Sequence record: SRR2962707_925
DNA length: 64,000 nucleotides
Direction: 5' to 3' (one strand)
The notes beneath the pieces are model-generated. The model saw only the letters and a list, made by a program, of their open reading frames with translations, searched no databases and had not been told where the DNA came from. The translations under genes and the position numbers were made by a program. The stretch's first letter is position 1, and each line of letters starts with the position of its first letter. Below are positions 32,920-44,996 of this stretch, piece after piece.

Positions 32920-34086
32920 CTATTTACCAAGAAGTTCGCCAACCGGACGCAAGTTAACGACATGGTCGCACAATGACTTGACGATCATCAGGATTGGAGT
33001 GGCAACCACGAGGCCTACGGGTCCCCAGAGCCAGCCCCAGAACAGCAGGCCGATAAAGATGGCAACCGCGTTGAGGCTGGAGATATGGCTGGTAAGCCAG
33101 GGCGTCAGCAGATAGCCCTGAACGCTGGTGATGGCCAGCGACGTGCCGGCAACAATGATCGACATCTCCAATTCGCCAAACTGGATAAAGGCGGCCACAC
33201 CTGTACCCATAAGCACCAGGAACGGACCCAGGTACGGCACGGCACTGGCGACGCCTGCCAAAACACCCCAAAAGCCGGCCTGTTCAACGCCCAGTGCCAA
33301 AAACGCCAGCCAGGTCAGCACGCCCACAAATACGGCACCTACAAACATCACAAACAGGAACTGTCGTACGCTGCGATGGAACTCGTTCATGATTCGGGCG
33401 GCTTTACGCATTCGTGCGAAGGATGGCCCGGATATTTTGACGATCTTGCGTCTGTACAGCGAGCCAATGGCGAGCACGAAATACACCAGCAACAACGCCG
33501 AGAAGCACTGGGAAATCAGCACCAGCGCTGCCGGGGAACCCTGAAGTACGTAATCTTTGATCTCGAGGGGTTCGTCCACCACGCGCACGGGCGTTGCACC
33601 CGATCGGGAGGCGTCTTCGTTGCCCTGATCGGGGCTGGCGGTGGCTTCAATTTTCTTTGCGGCGGATTGCGCTTTTTCCATCATGCTTTCCCCGTCCTTG
33701 GGGCGGCTGGCTTCATTCTGCTGAAACTGTTCGATGGCCACCGGTATCTTGTCCAGCATAGCCATGGCTTCCTGCTTCAGGGGAATACTGGCTCCGGCAA
33801 TGATACCGATAAGCAGAATCAACACCACAGCCGCCGCCAGGGGGCGGGGTACTCTCAACCGATTGATTGTGGCGACAAGGGGTTCGAGGGCGTAGCTGAT
33901 TAACACCGCCACCACCAGTGGCAAAAGAACCGCCTGGGCCCAGTCAATAAAATAAAGGGTTGCGATACTTGTGAGTGTGATAAGCGACATGCTGCGCATG
34001 TTGATGGCGTCAATCAGCGCCTGACTGTTCTGGGAGTTGTTGTCTGCTCCCGACTCCTCACGCTTTGTCTTATCGCCGTTCTCCAT
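32920..34086 (-). CDS. AI-2E family transporter
   Basis: VPYLGP, FWGWLWGPVGLVVATP motifs. Confidence 0.88.
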   Translation of the reverse strand: MENGDKTKREESGADNNSQNSQALIDAINMRSMSLITLTSIATLYFIDWAQAVLLPLVVAVLISYALEPLVATINRLRVPRPLAAAVVLILLIGIIAGASIPLKQEAMAMLDKIPVAIEQFQQNEASRPKDGESMMEKAQSAAKKIEATASPDQGNEDASRSGATPVRVVDEPLEIKDYVLQGSPAALVLISQCFSALLLVYFVLAIGSLYRRKIVKISGPSFARMRKAARIMNEFHRSVRQFLFVMFVGAVFVGVLTWLAFLALGVEQAGFWGVLAGVASAVPYLGPFLVLMGTGVAAFIQFGELEMSIIVAGTSLAITSVQGYLLTPWLTSHISSLNAVAIFIGLLFWGWLWGPVGLVVATPILMIVKSLCDHVVNLRPVGELLGK

Positions 34087-34903
34087 GGGATATTGCCTCC
34101 GTGTCTAATCGGTAAAACCGTTGCAGCGCTTCGTAGACTTCCGGCTGTTCCGCTTTCAGGTGCTCCGGTTGTTGGTAAAAGGCTTCCGTCAGCACTGCAA
34201 AAAACTCGGCGGGTTCGGTGGCGCCGTATGGGTCCAGCCAGGGCTTCTGGTGATGTTGAAGCGACTGTCTCAAGTGTTCATAGGCCTGAGTCATCGTTTC
34301 CTGCCAATGTCTTGCCTGTTCGCCGCTAAGTGGCGGAGCGCCGTCCGCAGTGCCGTCCAGATAGTCCAGCTGGTGGGCGAATTCGTGAAGAATGACGTTG
34401 TGGTGCCCAGCAGGATTGACGGCACCTTCCTCGCACTGTGTCCAGGCCAGAACCACCTGTCCATAACTTGAGGCTTCGCCGGCGCGAATCTCGTTACTCT
34501 CGCTCACCACCAGGCCATCATGCTCAATATCCCTGACACGATAGGCATCCGGATAGACCAGGATACTGCGGATGTCGTCGAAGTCGGAATAGCTGCGGTT
34601 CATGATGAGCAGGCAGGCATGTCCCGCGATGGTCAGGCGTACGGTGTCGTCCACCTCGAACCCATCGCAGCCGTAAAAGGATTTCTCCGCCAGGAACAAC
34701 TGTACATGCTGTTCCAGTTGTCGTTTCAGCTTGGCCGGCAACCCGGGGAATAGGGGCACCTGGGACTCGAGCGTCGCGCGCCAGTTCTCCGGAAAGGGAG
34801 TTTGAAGCTGTCTCTCGCGACGCCAGTTGCGGTAGAAAAACAGATAGAAAACCGAGGCGGCAATCACGGAAATCGCGCAGAGAGTGTAGATCAGCATGGG
34901 CAA
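34070..34903 (-). CDS. Zinc-dependent peptidase, MtfA/M90 family, with an N-terminal TM anchor
   Basis: FLAEKSF.G, ILVYP, NVILHEFAHQLD (HEXXH), YGATEPAEFFAV. Confidence 0.88.
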   Translation of the reverse strand: MPMLIYTLCAISVIAASVFYLFFYRNWRRERQLQTPFPENWRATLESQVPLFPGLPAKLKRQLEQHVQLFLAEKSFYGCDGFEVDDTVRLTIAGHACLLIMNRSYSDFDDIRSILVYPDAYRVRDIEHDGLVVSESNEIRAGEASSYGQVVLAWTQCEEGAVNPAGHHNVILHEFAHQLDYLDGTADGAPPLSGEQARHWQETMTQAYEHLRQSLQHHQKPWLDPYGATEPAEFFAVLTEAFYQQPEHLKAEQPEVYEALQRFYRLDTEAISHGERR

Positions 34904-35112
34904 GATTCCGGGGCCGTGTGGTGATTTGACATTTTAGTTCGGTTTGCTAATTAATTAGGTGTTGGGTAGCAACATTCCCACCGTGCGATTGAATTCTGAT
35001 GCCGTTCATCATAGGGGGTTGTAGGGCGGCCGTCAGGGAACTTTTCGTTACTTCCTATCAGTAGTGGCCACCAGGTCGTTCCGTGGCATGGAAGCATAAA
35101 GGAATCTGCTCC

Positions 35113-36192
35113 ATGTATATCGTAACCAATAGAACCGTCGATGAAAGCAAACACACAGAGAGTGAGGCCTTTGGCAGTAAACCCATTGAAGGCCCCAACG
35201 AGTTGCGGCTGGCGGAGGCATCCCGCCGGCGAAACCGCTGGCATATTGATATCCTGCCTGACCAGATCACACCGCAAATGGCGAAGAGTGTCGATCTTAA
35301 TCCCGACAATACCTACCCGGCGAGCGCCTACGTGGCCCGCAAACTGATCGAGAGATCCGGCCACGGCGCTGGTGCGCGCCCGAACGGAAGAAACCTGCTG
35401 TTGTTTGTTCATGGTTACAACAACGATATGACTGATGTGCTTGATCGTGCCGAAAGGCTGGAGCAGAACTTCGGCGTTGAAGTCATTGTGTTCAGTTGGC
35501 CCGCCAATGGTGGAGGGTTGCACGGCGTGCTCAGCTACAAGAGCGACAAGCGGGACGCCCTCGCCTCGGTAGGGGCATTCAATCGCGTGCTGGAGAAGCT
35601 GGAAGCCCTGGTGAGCGACTTTCATGCGCAGTACGTGATGGATCTGGAGGCGCGTGCGGAAGCCCGGTTTGCAGACAACGCCGCCGCGTGGGACCGCTAC
35701 TTTGCGAAGGAAGTCGAGAAGCACTGCCCGTTCACTGTGAATCTGATGTTGCACAGCATGGGGAACTATCTCTACAAGCATTTGCTCGGGAGTTCGGTGT
35801 ACAGCGGAGATCGGCTGTTGTTCGATAACGTTGTGATGGTGGCCGCGGACACCAATAATGAAAACCACGCCGAGTGGGTGGACCGAATTCCCTACCGCAA
35901 TCGTCTCTATATCACCATCAACGAAAACGACGGAGCACTAAAGGCCTCACGCCTGAAAATGGGCGAACAGCAGAAAGCCCGGCTTGGCCATTACCTGCGC
36001 CGGCTGGATTCCAGGGTGGCGACCTATATCGACGTTACGAGCCAGCCTCATGTCGGGGATTCCCACGCCTACTTTGAGGAGTCGCCGTTAAAGAACGCGA
36101 AAGTTCTGGATTTCTTCAAAGCATCGTTGAATGGAAAAGTGGCTGAGAAGCCGACTCGTTATGATCCATCACGAAACGTTCACCGATTGTGA
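35113..36192 (+). CDS. Alpha/beta hydrolase (DUF900 family)
   Basis: LFVHGYNN, FSWPA, LHSMG nucleophile elbow, AAD, D.AL..S; the ORF track starts at 35083. Confidence 0.82.
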   Translation: MYIVTNRTVDESKHTESEAFGSKPIEGPNELRLAEASRRRNRWHIDILPDQITPQMAKSVDLNPDNTYPASAYVARKLIERSGHGAGARPNGRNLLLFVHGYNNDMTDVLDRAERLEQNFGVEVIVFSWPANGGGLHGVLSYKSDKRDALASVGAFNRVLEKLEALVSDFHAQYVMDLEARAEARFADNAAAWDRYFAKEVEKHCPFTVNLMLHSMGNYLYKHLLGSSVYSGDRLLFDNVVMVAADTNNENHAEWVDRIPYRNRLYITINENDGALKASRLKMGEQQKARLGHYLRRLDSRVATYIDVTSQPHVGDSHAYFEESPLKNAKVLDFFKASLNGKVAEKPTRYDPSRNVHRL

Positions 36193-36201
36193 TTGCGGAT
36201 T

Positions 36202-37053
36202 TCAGTTAACCCCAAATCGCCGCTCTCGCTCAAACCGGAAGAATCCGTCCCGTTCCTCAAGGGCAATGGTTTTGGCAGAGCGCCCGAAGTGTTCTGCACG
36301 CAAATCGTCCAGCGCTTTATCCAGTTGATCTCCGGAATAGCGCCGGGCAAGCTGGTTTCGTTCGGCCATGTAGGCTTTGCCATTTTGCCAGCGTTCGTTG
36401 CGTTGCTGGTCCTGCTTTGAAAGGCGGCTGATGGCCTCTTCCGGATAGCCCATCTGGCGGCGCAGGCTGTTGATGCGTTCCTGGCGAGCGTCTGCCGATA
36501 AGGTGTGGAGGTGGCTCTGAACAGCGTCGAGGCTGAACAAGGTGCGAGCCATCACGTCCGGGCCAATAAGCCGTCGGGCCATATCGTTGTTGTAAAGCTG
36601 TTCTACGGAGGTTTTAAGCTGGTGCGCGGTTTCTTCCGGGGTGATTTCGTGGGCTTGGTCCAGTCGCTGCAGTTCCGCCTGAAAGGCGTCCTGATTCGCA
36701 TGCATGGGAGACTCCCGCTCGCCCCATATACGGCTGGCCTCGTCACCGAACAGTGCCTCCCGTTTTTCCCAGAGCGCTGTCTGGCGTTCGAGCATGGGCA
36801 TGCCCTGCAACAGCAGCCGGTTGTCTTCCAGCCATTGCTCGTACGCGGAGAGCTTTGCAAGGTCTTCATTGCTCAGGGCTGATGGCCCCTGGGATTGGGC
36901 CGGCGGTGATGTAGCTGGTTGGCCGGGCAGCACCGGAGTGGACGAGGTCTCGGACGTCAAAGGCTGTACGGGCGTCGTCGACAGGCTAAGGATAAAGCCG
37001 GCCGTGCCCAGAATCACCACGGCCAGCCCTGCAAGCCAAAGGGATGTTTTCAC
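36202..37053 (-). CDS. Lipase-chaperone (Lif/foldase)-like protein
   Basis: N-terminal TM, Pro/Ser/Thr linker, helical domain; C-terminal R..GY.EEAI.RL...DQQR..RW....AY..ER resembles Lif C-terminal repeats. Confidence 0.65.
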   Translation of the reverse strand: MKTSLWLAGLAVVILGTAGFILSLSTTPVQPLTSETSSTPVLPGQPATSPPAQSQGPSALSNEDLAKLSAYEQWLEDNRLLLQGMPMLERQTALWEKREALFGDEASRIWGERESPMHANQDAFQAELQRLDQAHEITPEETAHQLKTSVEQLYNNDMARRLIGPDVMARTLFSLDAVQSHLHTLSADARQERINSLRRQMGYPEEAISRLSKQDQQRNERWQNGKAYMAERNQLARRYSGDQLDKALDDLRAEHFGRSAKTIALEERDGFFRFERERRFGVN

Positions 37054-37119
37054 AAAGTATTTTCCTGTTCACCGGTTGTAAGGGAGCCTTTCAACGTCGT
37101 TGACGGCCCCCTGGTTGAG

Positions 37120-37899
37120 TTACAGCAAAGGCTGGAGTTTCGGCCAGATCAACTCTGCGATCTTTTGGGAGCCACTATCGACCGGGTGTATGCCATCGAA
37201 GATGATGTCGCTCTCCGTCACCACCTGTCTTGGGTCCACGAAGGTGCAGTCGAGAGTGGAATATTCGCAGGCCCTGGCGAGGATTTTGTTGCCGTAGTCG
37301 ACCGCCTGTTTCATGCTTTTAAGACGGAAAAGGCCGTTCTTGGTGTAGTAGTAACCCACCAGCACGCCGTTCTCCACGCCCGCATCGGACAATTCGTTCA
37401 GATAGTTCACGCCGTCCACATACAGATCATCGATCAGATCCTTGCACTTGCTGCTGAGGCGGCCGAACTGATACCACCGGGTTTTGCAGTTGTATGGGTC
37501 AAGGGCAATCGCCGGAATAAGGATGTCGTTACCGCCGCCATTACCAACCATGGTGCGGATGTCGGGATTGTCCTCCTGTGCGGTGGCGAACTGCTCGACA
37601 ACAGAGGGCGCGAGGAACCCACCGGTGAGTTCGGCGCCGGAGACCGTGTAGCGGCGGAAGGTTTCCCCGGCCTTGGCTTCCAGTTCGTCCTGGATCTTGC
37701 CGGACAGGGCGAAGATTGAGTCGCCCAGGAATATCACCTGGTCGTTGTCCGCATCAGAGACCTGGGGATTGCTGAGCAGTTGTCCCAGCTGGCCGCAGCC
37801 TGTCATAGCCATGGCCATCGCAGTGACCGCCAGGAGTCGAAACAGGGAATGGCCTTTGGAGGAGGTGTCTCTTTCGTCACAGTGTCGGATCTTGTTCAT
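37120..37899 (-). CDS. SGNH/GDSL hydrolase lipoprotein
   Basis: FLGDSI (block I), GGGND (block III), DGIHP (block V); lipobox-like MTGC; GGAGA RBS before ATG 37899. Confidence 0.85.
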   Translation of the reverse strand: MNKIRHCDERDTSSKGHSLFRLLAVTAMAMAMTGCGQLGQLLSNPQVSDADNDQVIFLGDSIFALSGKIQDELEAKAGETFRRYTVSGAELTGGFLAPSVVEQFATAQEDNPDIRTMVGNGGGNDILIPAIALDPYNCKTRWYQFGRLSSKCKDLIDDLYVDGVNYLNELSDAGVENGVLVGYYYTKNGLFRLKSMKQAVDYGNKILARACEYSTLDCTFVDPRQVVTESDIIFDGIHPVDSGSQKIAELIWPKLQPLL

Positions 37900-38077
37900 T
37901 ATTGTGTCTCCGTTGTTGGGGATGAATGGTGCCTGGCGAGACACCATTCATTCGCAACTTGCACAAATTATGATCAGCGCAACAGGTCGGAAGTGGCCGT
38001 TTTTTTGTCTTTTTCGGCGGGATGAGCTGGAGTGTGACTGGCCTCTCGAAACGATGTGTTCGCTTTTGACCGGCAGG

Positions 38078-39103
38078 TTATGGTCTGGAGTGATCGGTGA
38101 GCTCATTCAGCAATTCAGAAGCACCCCAGGTTTTTTCCGTTTCCTCCCGTTGATGCATCAGTCGCACGAGTTTGCGGTTGACCGGTGCGTCCGTACCCAG
38201 CTTTTCCGCCAGTTTCACCACTTCGCCATTGATCCAGTCAATTTCGGTTGGGCGCCCGGCCTGGAGGTCTTCCCACATGGAGGAACGTGCAACAGGATCG
38301 ATGGTGAGCATCCGTTTGGCTAGTCGGGTAAACAGCCAATCTGGTAGTGACATCACGGAAGGAATCAGTTTGGTAGGCAGGCCTGTGAGTTTTACCGTGG
38401 GTATGCCTGCCGATTTAAGGAGCTCTAGCGTCTCTCTCTGAGCCATTGCCAGGCAGCGGCGATAGTCCCTTTGCGAGAGCTCTTCCAGCAGCGGAACGCC
38501 AGAAAGGGCGTTGACCGGGTTATTCAGATTGAGTAACAGCTTGGACCACATCACCGATTCGATATCGCGCCGCAGTTCCAGGGGGAGCCCGGCATGCTCA
38601 AACCAGGGCAGGGCCGGTTGCAGTGACGGGTGCCGGTCGGCCATCAGGTGGCCCTGAGTGCCTTGATGGAAATGCCCCGGCTCCTGTTGCAGCACGTTGA
38701 ATGGAACCATCCCGGCCAATACGTTGGCGTTGGGCATAGCGGCCTGGAGGTGCTCTGCGTTGGAGATTCCGTTTTGCAGGCTGACCACCGGTATGCCCTC
38801 GCTCACCCAGGGCGCGAGCTGTTTGCCGGCCTCGGAGGTGGCGGCGGATTTGACCGTTACCAGCACAAGATCGGCGTTGCCTGCCGCCTCGGCGGAGGTC
38901 ACATACTGATGCTCGGCCAGTTGGCTGTGGAAGCGAAACCCTTCATAGTCAGTGACCGTCAGTGGGGAGGTTCGAAGGCGCTCCTGCATGGTCTTTCGGC
39001 CCACCATGACCACGTTCACACCGGAAGAAAGCAGCCTGCCTCCGAGGTAACAGCCGATACTGCCAGCGCCAAATATAACGACCTTGAAAGAACTCTGCGT
39101 CAC
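38078..39103 (-). CDS. 2-dehydropantoate 2-reductase family protein
   Basis: GAGSIG, VTVKS, LQNG, W.KLLLN, SSMWEDL..GRPTEID..NG; probable GTG start at 39103. Confidence 0.85.
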   Translation of the reverse strand: MTQSSFKVVIFGAGSIGCYLGGRLLSSGVNVVMVGRKTMQERLRTSPLTVTDYEGFRFHSQLAEHQYVTSAEAAGNADLVLVTVKSAATSEAGKQLAPWVSEGIPVVSLQNGISNAEHLQAAMPNANVLAGMVPFNVLQQEPGHFHQGTQGHLMADRHPSLQPALPWFEHAGLPLELRRDIESVMWSKLLLNLNNPVNALSGVPLLEELSQRDYRRCLAMAQRETLELLKSAGIPTVKLTGLPTKLIPSVMSLPDWLFTRLAKRMLTIDPVARSSMWEDLQAGRPTEIDWINGEVVKLAEKLGTDAPVNRKLVRLMHQREETEKTWGASELLNELTDHSRP

Positions 39104-39295
39104 GGGCTTTGCCTTATTGTTTTCCCAAATAGTGGAAGGGCTGCCCGCGAGAGTCAACTATCAGGCGGAGCTACGGGGTGAGATGGTCTTTCCCGCCAAC
39201 GACAGTGCCCGGCGATTTTTCTCTCAATTTGAGGGTTGAACACTGCAGTGGTGAGTACGTATAACGGACCTTTATCCCAATAACAGGAGGCTGTC

Positions 39296-39967
39296 ATGCC
39301 TGAACAAAGAACCGTTGTGATTACCGGGGCCAATCGCGGCATCGGGCTTGAGTTGGCCCGTCACTTTGCAGGTGAAGGCTGTGACGTGATTGGCGTATGT
39401 CGGGAAGCGTCTCCCGAGCTCAAGGAGGTGGCGACTCGAGTCATTGAATCTGTTGACGTCACCACGGCAAGTGGACTTCAGTCATTGATTGACGGCGTGA
39501 AGGGCCAGTCGATCGACCTGCTGATCAATAATGCCGGCCTGCTGCAGGATGAAAAACTGGGCAGCATTGATTTCGATTCCATTCGTACCCAGATGGAAAT
39601 CAACGCTTACGCGCCATTGAGGGTGGCGGAAGCGCTGGTGTCCCAGATACCTTACGGCGGTAAGATTGCCAACATCACCAGCCGGATGGGCTCCATCGCG
39701 GACAACGACTCCGGCGGCCGCTATGGCTATCGTGCGTCCAAGGCGGCGCTGAACGCCTTTGGCAAGTCCCTGGCGATGGACCTTAAACCAAAGGGCATTG
39801 CGGTGGCCCAGCTCCATCCCGGCTATGTGCAAACCCGCATGGTGAACTTCGGCGGACTGATTACGCCCGAGGAGTCAGCAAAGGGCTTGGCGGCAAGAAT
39901 CGAGGGCCTGAACCTGGAAAACACGGGCTCCTTCTGGCACAGCAATGGTGAGGAACTGCCCTGGTAA
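39296..39967 (+). CDS. Short-chain dehydrogenase/reductase (CsgA/C-factor-like)
   Basis: TGANRGIG, NNAG, YRASK, HPGYVQT. Confidence 0.9.
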   Translation: MPEQRTVVITGANRGIGLELARHFAGEGCDVIGVCREASPELKEVATRVIESVDVTTASGLQSLIDGVKGQSIDLLINNAGLLQDEKLGSIDFDSIRTQMEINAYAPLRVAEALVSQIPYGGKIANITSRMGSIADNDSGGRYGYRASKAALNAFGKSLAMDLKPKGIAVAQLHPGYVQTRMVNFGGLITPEESAKGLAARIEGLNLENTGSFWHSNGEELPW

Positions 39968-39986
39968 TAACTTGCCAGGGCCTCGC

Positions 39987-40847
39987 TCAGTGGCATAGGT
40001 GGCTGACAAAGCTGGAGACCGGTGGATGCCGGGCAATCGTCTCGGGGCAGATAACCACCAGTTCCTTGGCAAGCCCGGGATCGCTCACGGGGATGGCTCG
40101 CAGGGTGCCTGCTCTCACTTCGTCAGTGACCGAAGCCGCCAACACCAGCGAAATACCCACCCCCGCCTTGACCGCCTGCTTTACGGCTTCGGTACTGCCC
40201 AGTTGCATCGATACCTCCGGAAAAGGCCCGTCGTCGCCAAAGAAATTAGCCAATAAACGGCCAGTGCCGGTCCCTGGCTCGCCGCCCAGTAGCGTCATTC
40301 CTGCCAGGGCTTCCCGGTTGATCTGCGTCATATCGGCACAGGGGTGGCCAGGCGGCACAATCAACACCACTGGCTCCTGTTTCCAGTCACGGGCCTGGAA
40401 GCCGGGCTTGGGGTGCCACCACTCCATGACTGCGATATCCAATTCTCCGCTGGTGAGCTGTCGTGCGATGGCGGGGTTATTGTCGATCACCAGATCCACG
40501 TGCGGAGAGGTCTTCCGGTCCATGAAGGAGCGAACGTGAGGCTGCAGCATGTAGATACCGATGTTGGAGCTGGCACCTACCCGCAGACTTGTTCCCGTGA
40601 CCGCCTCCTGCGCGCGTTGGTCCAGGCGTAACATGCTTAGGGCGAACGGCATCAGCGCCTGGGCCGCCCTGGTGGGTTCGCAACCGGACTTGCCGCGTTG
40701 GATCAATAATACGTCCAGCTGCTCCTCCAGTTTCTGAATGTGCTGGGATAGGGTGGGCTGGGCGATGCCGAGGTGATTGGCGGCGGCCTGGAAACTGCGG
40801 TGCTGAACGAGGGTGATAAAACTCTTGAGCCAGACCAGGTTCAGCAT
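39987..40847 (-). CDS. ptxE: LysR family regulator PtxE
   Basis: LysR HTH; GASSNIG.Y; directly downstream of and overlapping ptxD. Confidence 0.85.
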   Translation of the reverse strand: MLNLVWLKSFITLVQHRSFQAAANHLGIAQPTLSQHIQKLEEQLDVLLIQRGKSGCEPTRAAQALMPFALSMLRLDQRAQEAVTGTSLRVGASSNIGIYMLQPHVRSFMDRKTSPHVDLVIDNNPAIARQLTSGELDIAVMEWWHPKPGFQARDWKQEPVVLIVPPGHPCADMTQINREALAGMTLLGGEPGTGTGRLLANFFGDDGPFPEVSMQLGSTEAVKQAVKAGVGISLVLAASVTDEVRAGTLRAIPVSDPGLAKELVVICPETIARHPPVSSFVSHLCH

Positions 40848-41851
40848 ACTGTTCCCTTGGGTTCGAGCGGTGAGTTGACCGCGTCCTGGGGCTGATGGCC
40901 TCTGAGCGCCTGAAGGATGTTGTCGGCTGCCCGCTGTTCGATGGCAAATCTCACGTCCCTGACGGCCGAGCCCGTGTGTGCGGTGAACAGGGTGTTCGGG
41001 TGGGCCAGCAGTGCCGGATCAATCCGCTGCGGGCGGTCCGGTCTGGCCCAGTCTTCCATTTCAAACACGTCCGCCGCGTAGCCACCCAGATGTCCGTACG
41101 TCAGCGATTGCAGAACGGCTGCCTCGTCCACGACGGAACCCCGGCAGGGATTGATCAGAAAACTACCGCGTTTCATCTGGCGCAGGCGGTCAGCGTTGAG
41201 CGTGTGCAGGGTATGTTCATTAAGCGCCAGGGCCAGTATGACGATGTCGGATTCGGCCAGTAGGTCATCAAGCTCTGACCTGGAAAAGCCCAGGGCGTCT
41301 TCTTCGGCAGCCGGTAGGCTTTCCGGTTGTGAGTACAGTACTCGTGCGCCCCAGCCCTGGAGCCGTGTAGCCACGGCTTTGCCGATGGCTCCCATGCCCA
41401 CAATACCAATGGTCGAGCCTTCAATGCCGAGGCCATAGAATTGAGGCTGCCAGCCCTGGAATTCTCCGGAACGGACGAACTGGTCTGCTGGCCGGATCTG
41501 GCGAATCAGGCCTATGGTTAATCCAACGGTGAGTTCGGCGGTGGGCACGGTCAGCAAATCGGGCACGAAGGTCAGCCAGACTCCGTGACGGGTGCAGGCG
41601 TCCACGTCAAAGTTATCGAATCCCTTCAGGGCAGCGCCGATCACTTTCAGGTCGGGGCAGGCCACCAGAAATTCCTCGCTAACGCGATCTGGCATAAACG
41701 CCATCATGGCATCGGCCGTAGCCGCGCGAGCTCTCACCGAATCCGGTGGCAGGGTGACGGCAGACTGGTTAGTGATCAGCTCGCAGTGGGGCTCCAGGCT
41801 GGCAAGTATACTGTCGTGGACCCGGTGGGTGATGACAACTCTTGGTTTCAT
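40841..41851 (-). CDS. ptxD: NAD-dependent phosphite dehydrogenase
   Basis: [60 protein letters not shown], closely matching P. stutzeri PtxD. Confidence 0.95.
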   Translation of the reverse strand: MKPRVVITHRVHDSILASLEPHCELITNQSAVTLPPDSVRARAATADAMMAFMPDRVSEEFLVACPDLKVIGAALKGFDNFDVDACTRHGVWLTFVPDLLTVPTAELTVGLTIGLIRQIRPADQFVRSGEFQGWQPQFYGLGIEGSTIGIVGMGAIGKAVATRLQGWGARVLYSQPESLPAAEEDALGFSRSELDDLLAESDIVILALALNEHTLHTLNADRLRQMKRGSFLINPCRGSVVDEAAVLQSLTYGHLGGYAADVFEMEDWARPDRPQRIDPALLAHPNTLFTAHTGSAVRDVRFAIEQRAADNILQALRGHQPQDAVNSPLEPKGTVC

Positions 41852-41860
41852 TCGCTGTCC

Positions 41861-42691
41861 TTATTTGAATGTCTTACGGAGGTGGCCGCTCAGGCTGTCC
41901 ACCATCGTTACCATCAGCAGTATGACAATGAGGATGGCACTGACTTCCTGATACTGCATGATGCGCAACGACCCCATGAGCTCGAAGCCGATACCGCCGG
42001 CACCGACCATGCCCATGACGGTGGAGGCGCGAAAGTTGTATTCCCAGCGATAGATAGACACATCGGCAAACTGTGGTAGCACCTGCGGCAGAACCGCGTG
42101 CCAGAGTACTTGCAAACGCGTGGCTCCGGAGGCATCAGCGGCCTCAACGGGGGCTTCATCCACATGCTCTATGGCTTCTGCGAAGAACTTGCCGACCATG
42201 CCGATGGAATGCAGGCCAAGGGCCAACACCCCTGGCAGTGCGCCAAAACCCACGGCCGCGACGAAAATAATGCCCATGATGAGTTCCGGTACGGAACGCA
42301 GGCCGTTCAGCAGGGTGCGGGTCAGGTGAAACACAGCAGGGTGGGGCGTGGTGTTTCGGGCCGCCAGAAAAGCCAGGGGCACAGAGGCCGAAACCGCAAT
42401 CGCGGTGCCGGCGATGCTCATCGCCAGTGTGTCCAGCAGGGGCGACATCCAGTCCATCACATTGGTGAAATCAGGTGGTAGTGACTCTCGCAACAGGGTG
42501 GCGATCGCGGGGACGCCGTTAGCAAGGGTGCGGAAGTCGAGCAGGTCCACGTACCAGCTGGCGAAAAAGACCACCGCCAATACCAGGCCTGCCTGCCAAA
42601 GCTTGCTCCGCCAGCCCCGTGCGTGTTCGTCCAGCACGGAAGCCGACGGAGCCGGCGACAGGGCCGCCGGTTCCGTCGTCGTGTGAGTCAT
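41861..42691 (-). CDS. ptxC: Phosphite ABC transporter permease (PhnE family)
   Basis: RSVPELI, GKFFAEAIE, YRWEYNFRAS, GAGGIG; upstream of ptxD. Confidence 0.9.
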   Translation of the reverse strand: MTHTTTEPAALSPAPSASVLDEHARGWRSKLWQAGLVLAVVFFASWYVDLLDFRTLANGVPAIATLLRESLPPDFTNVMDWMSPLLDTLAMSIAGTAIAVSASVPLAFLAARNTTPHPAVFHLTRTLLNGLRSVPELIMGIIFVAAVGFGALPGVLALGLHSIGMVGKFFAEAIEHVDEAPVEAADASGATRLQVLWHAVLPQVLPQFADVSIYRWEYNFRASTVMGMVGAGGIGFELMGSLRIMQYQEVSAILIVILLMVTMVDSLSGHLRKTFK

Positions 42692-42699
42692 AAAGCCTC

Positions 42700-44411
<1,712 letters not shown>

Positions 44412-44462
44412 GGAATCACCTTTTGCAATACATAAGCTCGCTTTATTGCGAGTTACAATGCA

Positions 44463-44529
44463 ACGGTAATCCTTGAGGGTGACAAAACAGTGTCAGGTAG
44501 GTGACAGGTCAATGACGAAATTATGAAGG
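44463..44529 (-). promoter_or_regulatory. PhoB-dependent ptx promoter: five 11-bp-spaced Pho-box half-sites plus -10
   Basis: The minus strand reads cttcat-N5-cgtcat-N5-tgtcac-N5-tgacac-N5-tgtcac (plus-strand starts 44523, 44512, 44501, 44490, 44479), then 10 nt, then TACCGT. Confidence 0.8.
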
Positions 44530-44535
44530 GGCAAT

Positions 44536-44563
44536 AAAAAAAGGCAGCCGAAGCTGCCTTTTT
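44536..44563. terminator. Rho-independent terminator of cspA (bidirectional form)
   Basis: aaaaaaaggcagc-cgaa-gctgccttttt hairpin with A/T tails, just past the cspA stop. Confidence 0.88.
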
Positions 44564-44582
44564 CAAACGTGCTGACTGTTAT

Positions 44583-44789
44583 TTAAACAGCAACAACGTT
44601 CTCTGCCTGAGGGCCTTTCTGGCCGTCAGTTACGGTGAACTCAACCTGCTGGCCTTCTGCCAGGGTCTTGAATCCGCCGCCTTGAATAGCGCTGTAGTGA
44701 ACGAATACGTCAGGGCCGCTTTCACGAGTGATGAAACCAAAGCCTTTTGCTTCGTTGAAAAACTTAACAGTACCGGTAGTAGTCGACAT
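44583..44789 (-). CDS. cspA: Cold-shock protein, CspA family
   Basis: [15 protein letters not shown] (RNP1), DVFVHYSAI (RNP2), GQKGPQA. Confidence 0.93.
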   Translation of the reverse strand: MSTTTGTVKFFNEAKGFGFITRESGPDVFVHYSAIQGGGFKTLAEGQQVEFTVTDGQKGPQAENVVAV

Positions 44790-44966
44790 AATCATAATCC
44801 TGAAATCGATAATTTAATGTGCCGCCAGACCATCTTGAACGATGACTGATCAGCGTTGTGCGGAAACAAAAAACGCGCGGAATCAAAAACAGGACGGACA
44901 ACTACCAAAACAACAGAGATGCGTCTTATTCGTGAAATGCTGTGCTAAATCTTTCCTACGAAACGA

Positions 44967-44996
44967 ACTTTACTCCTATGTCCCCGGAATTGCCAA
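44967..44996 (-). promoter_or_regulatory. Possible sigma70 promoter of cspA, implying a long (~170 nt) 5' UTR
   Basis: TTGGCA-N18-TAAAGT on the minus strand; long 5' UTRs are typical of csp genes. Confidence 0.35.
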
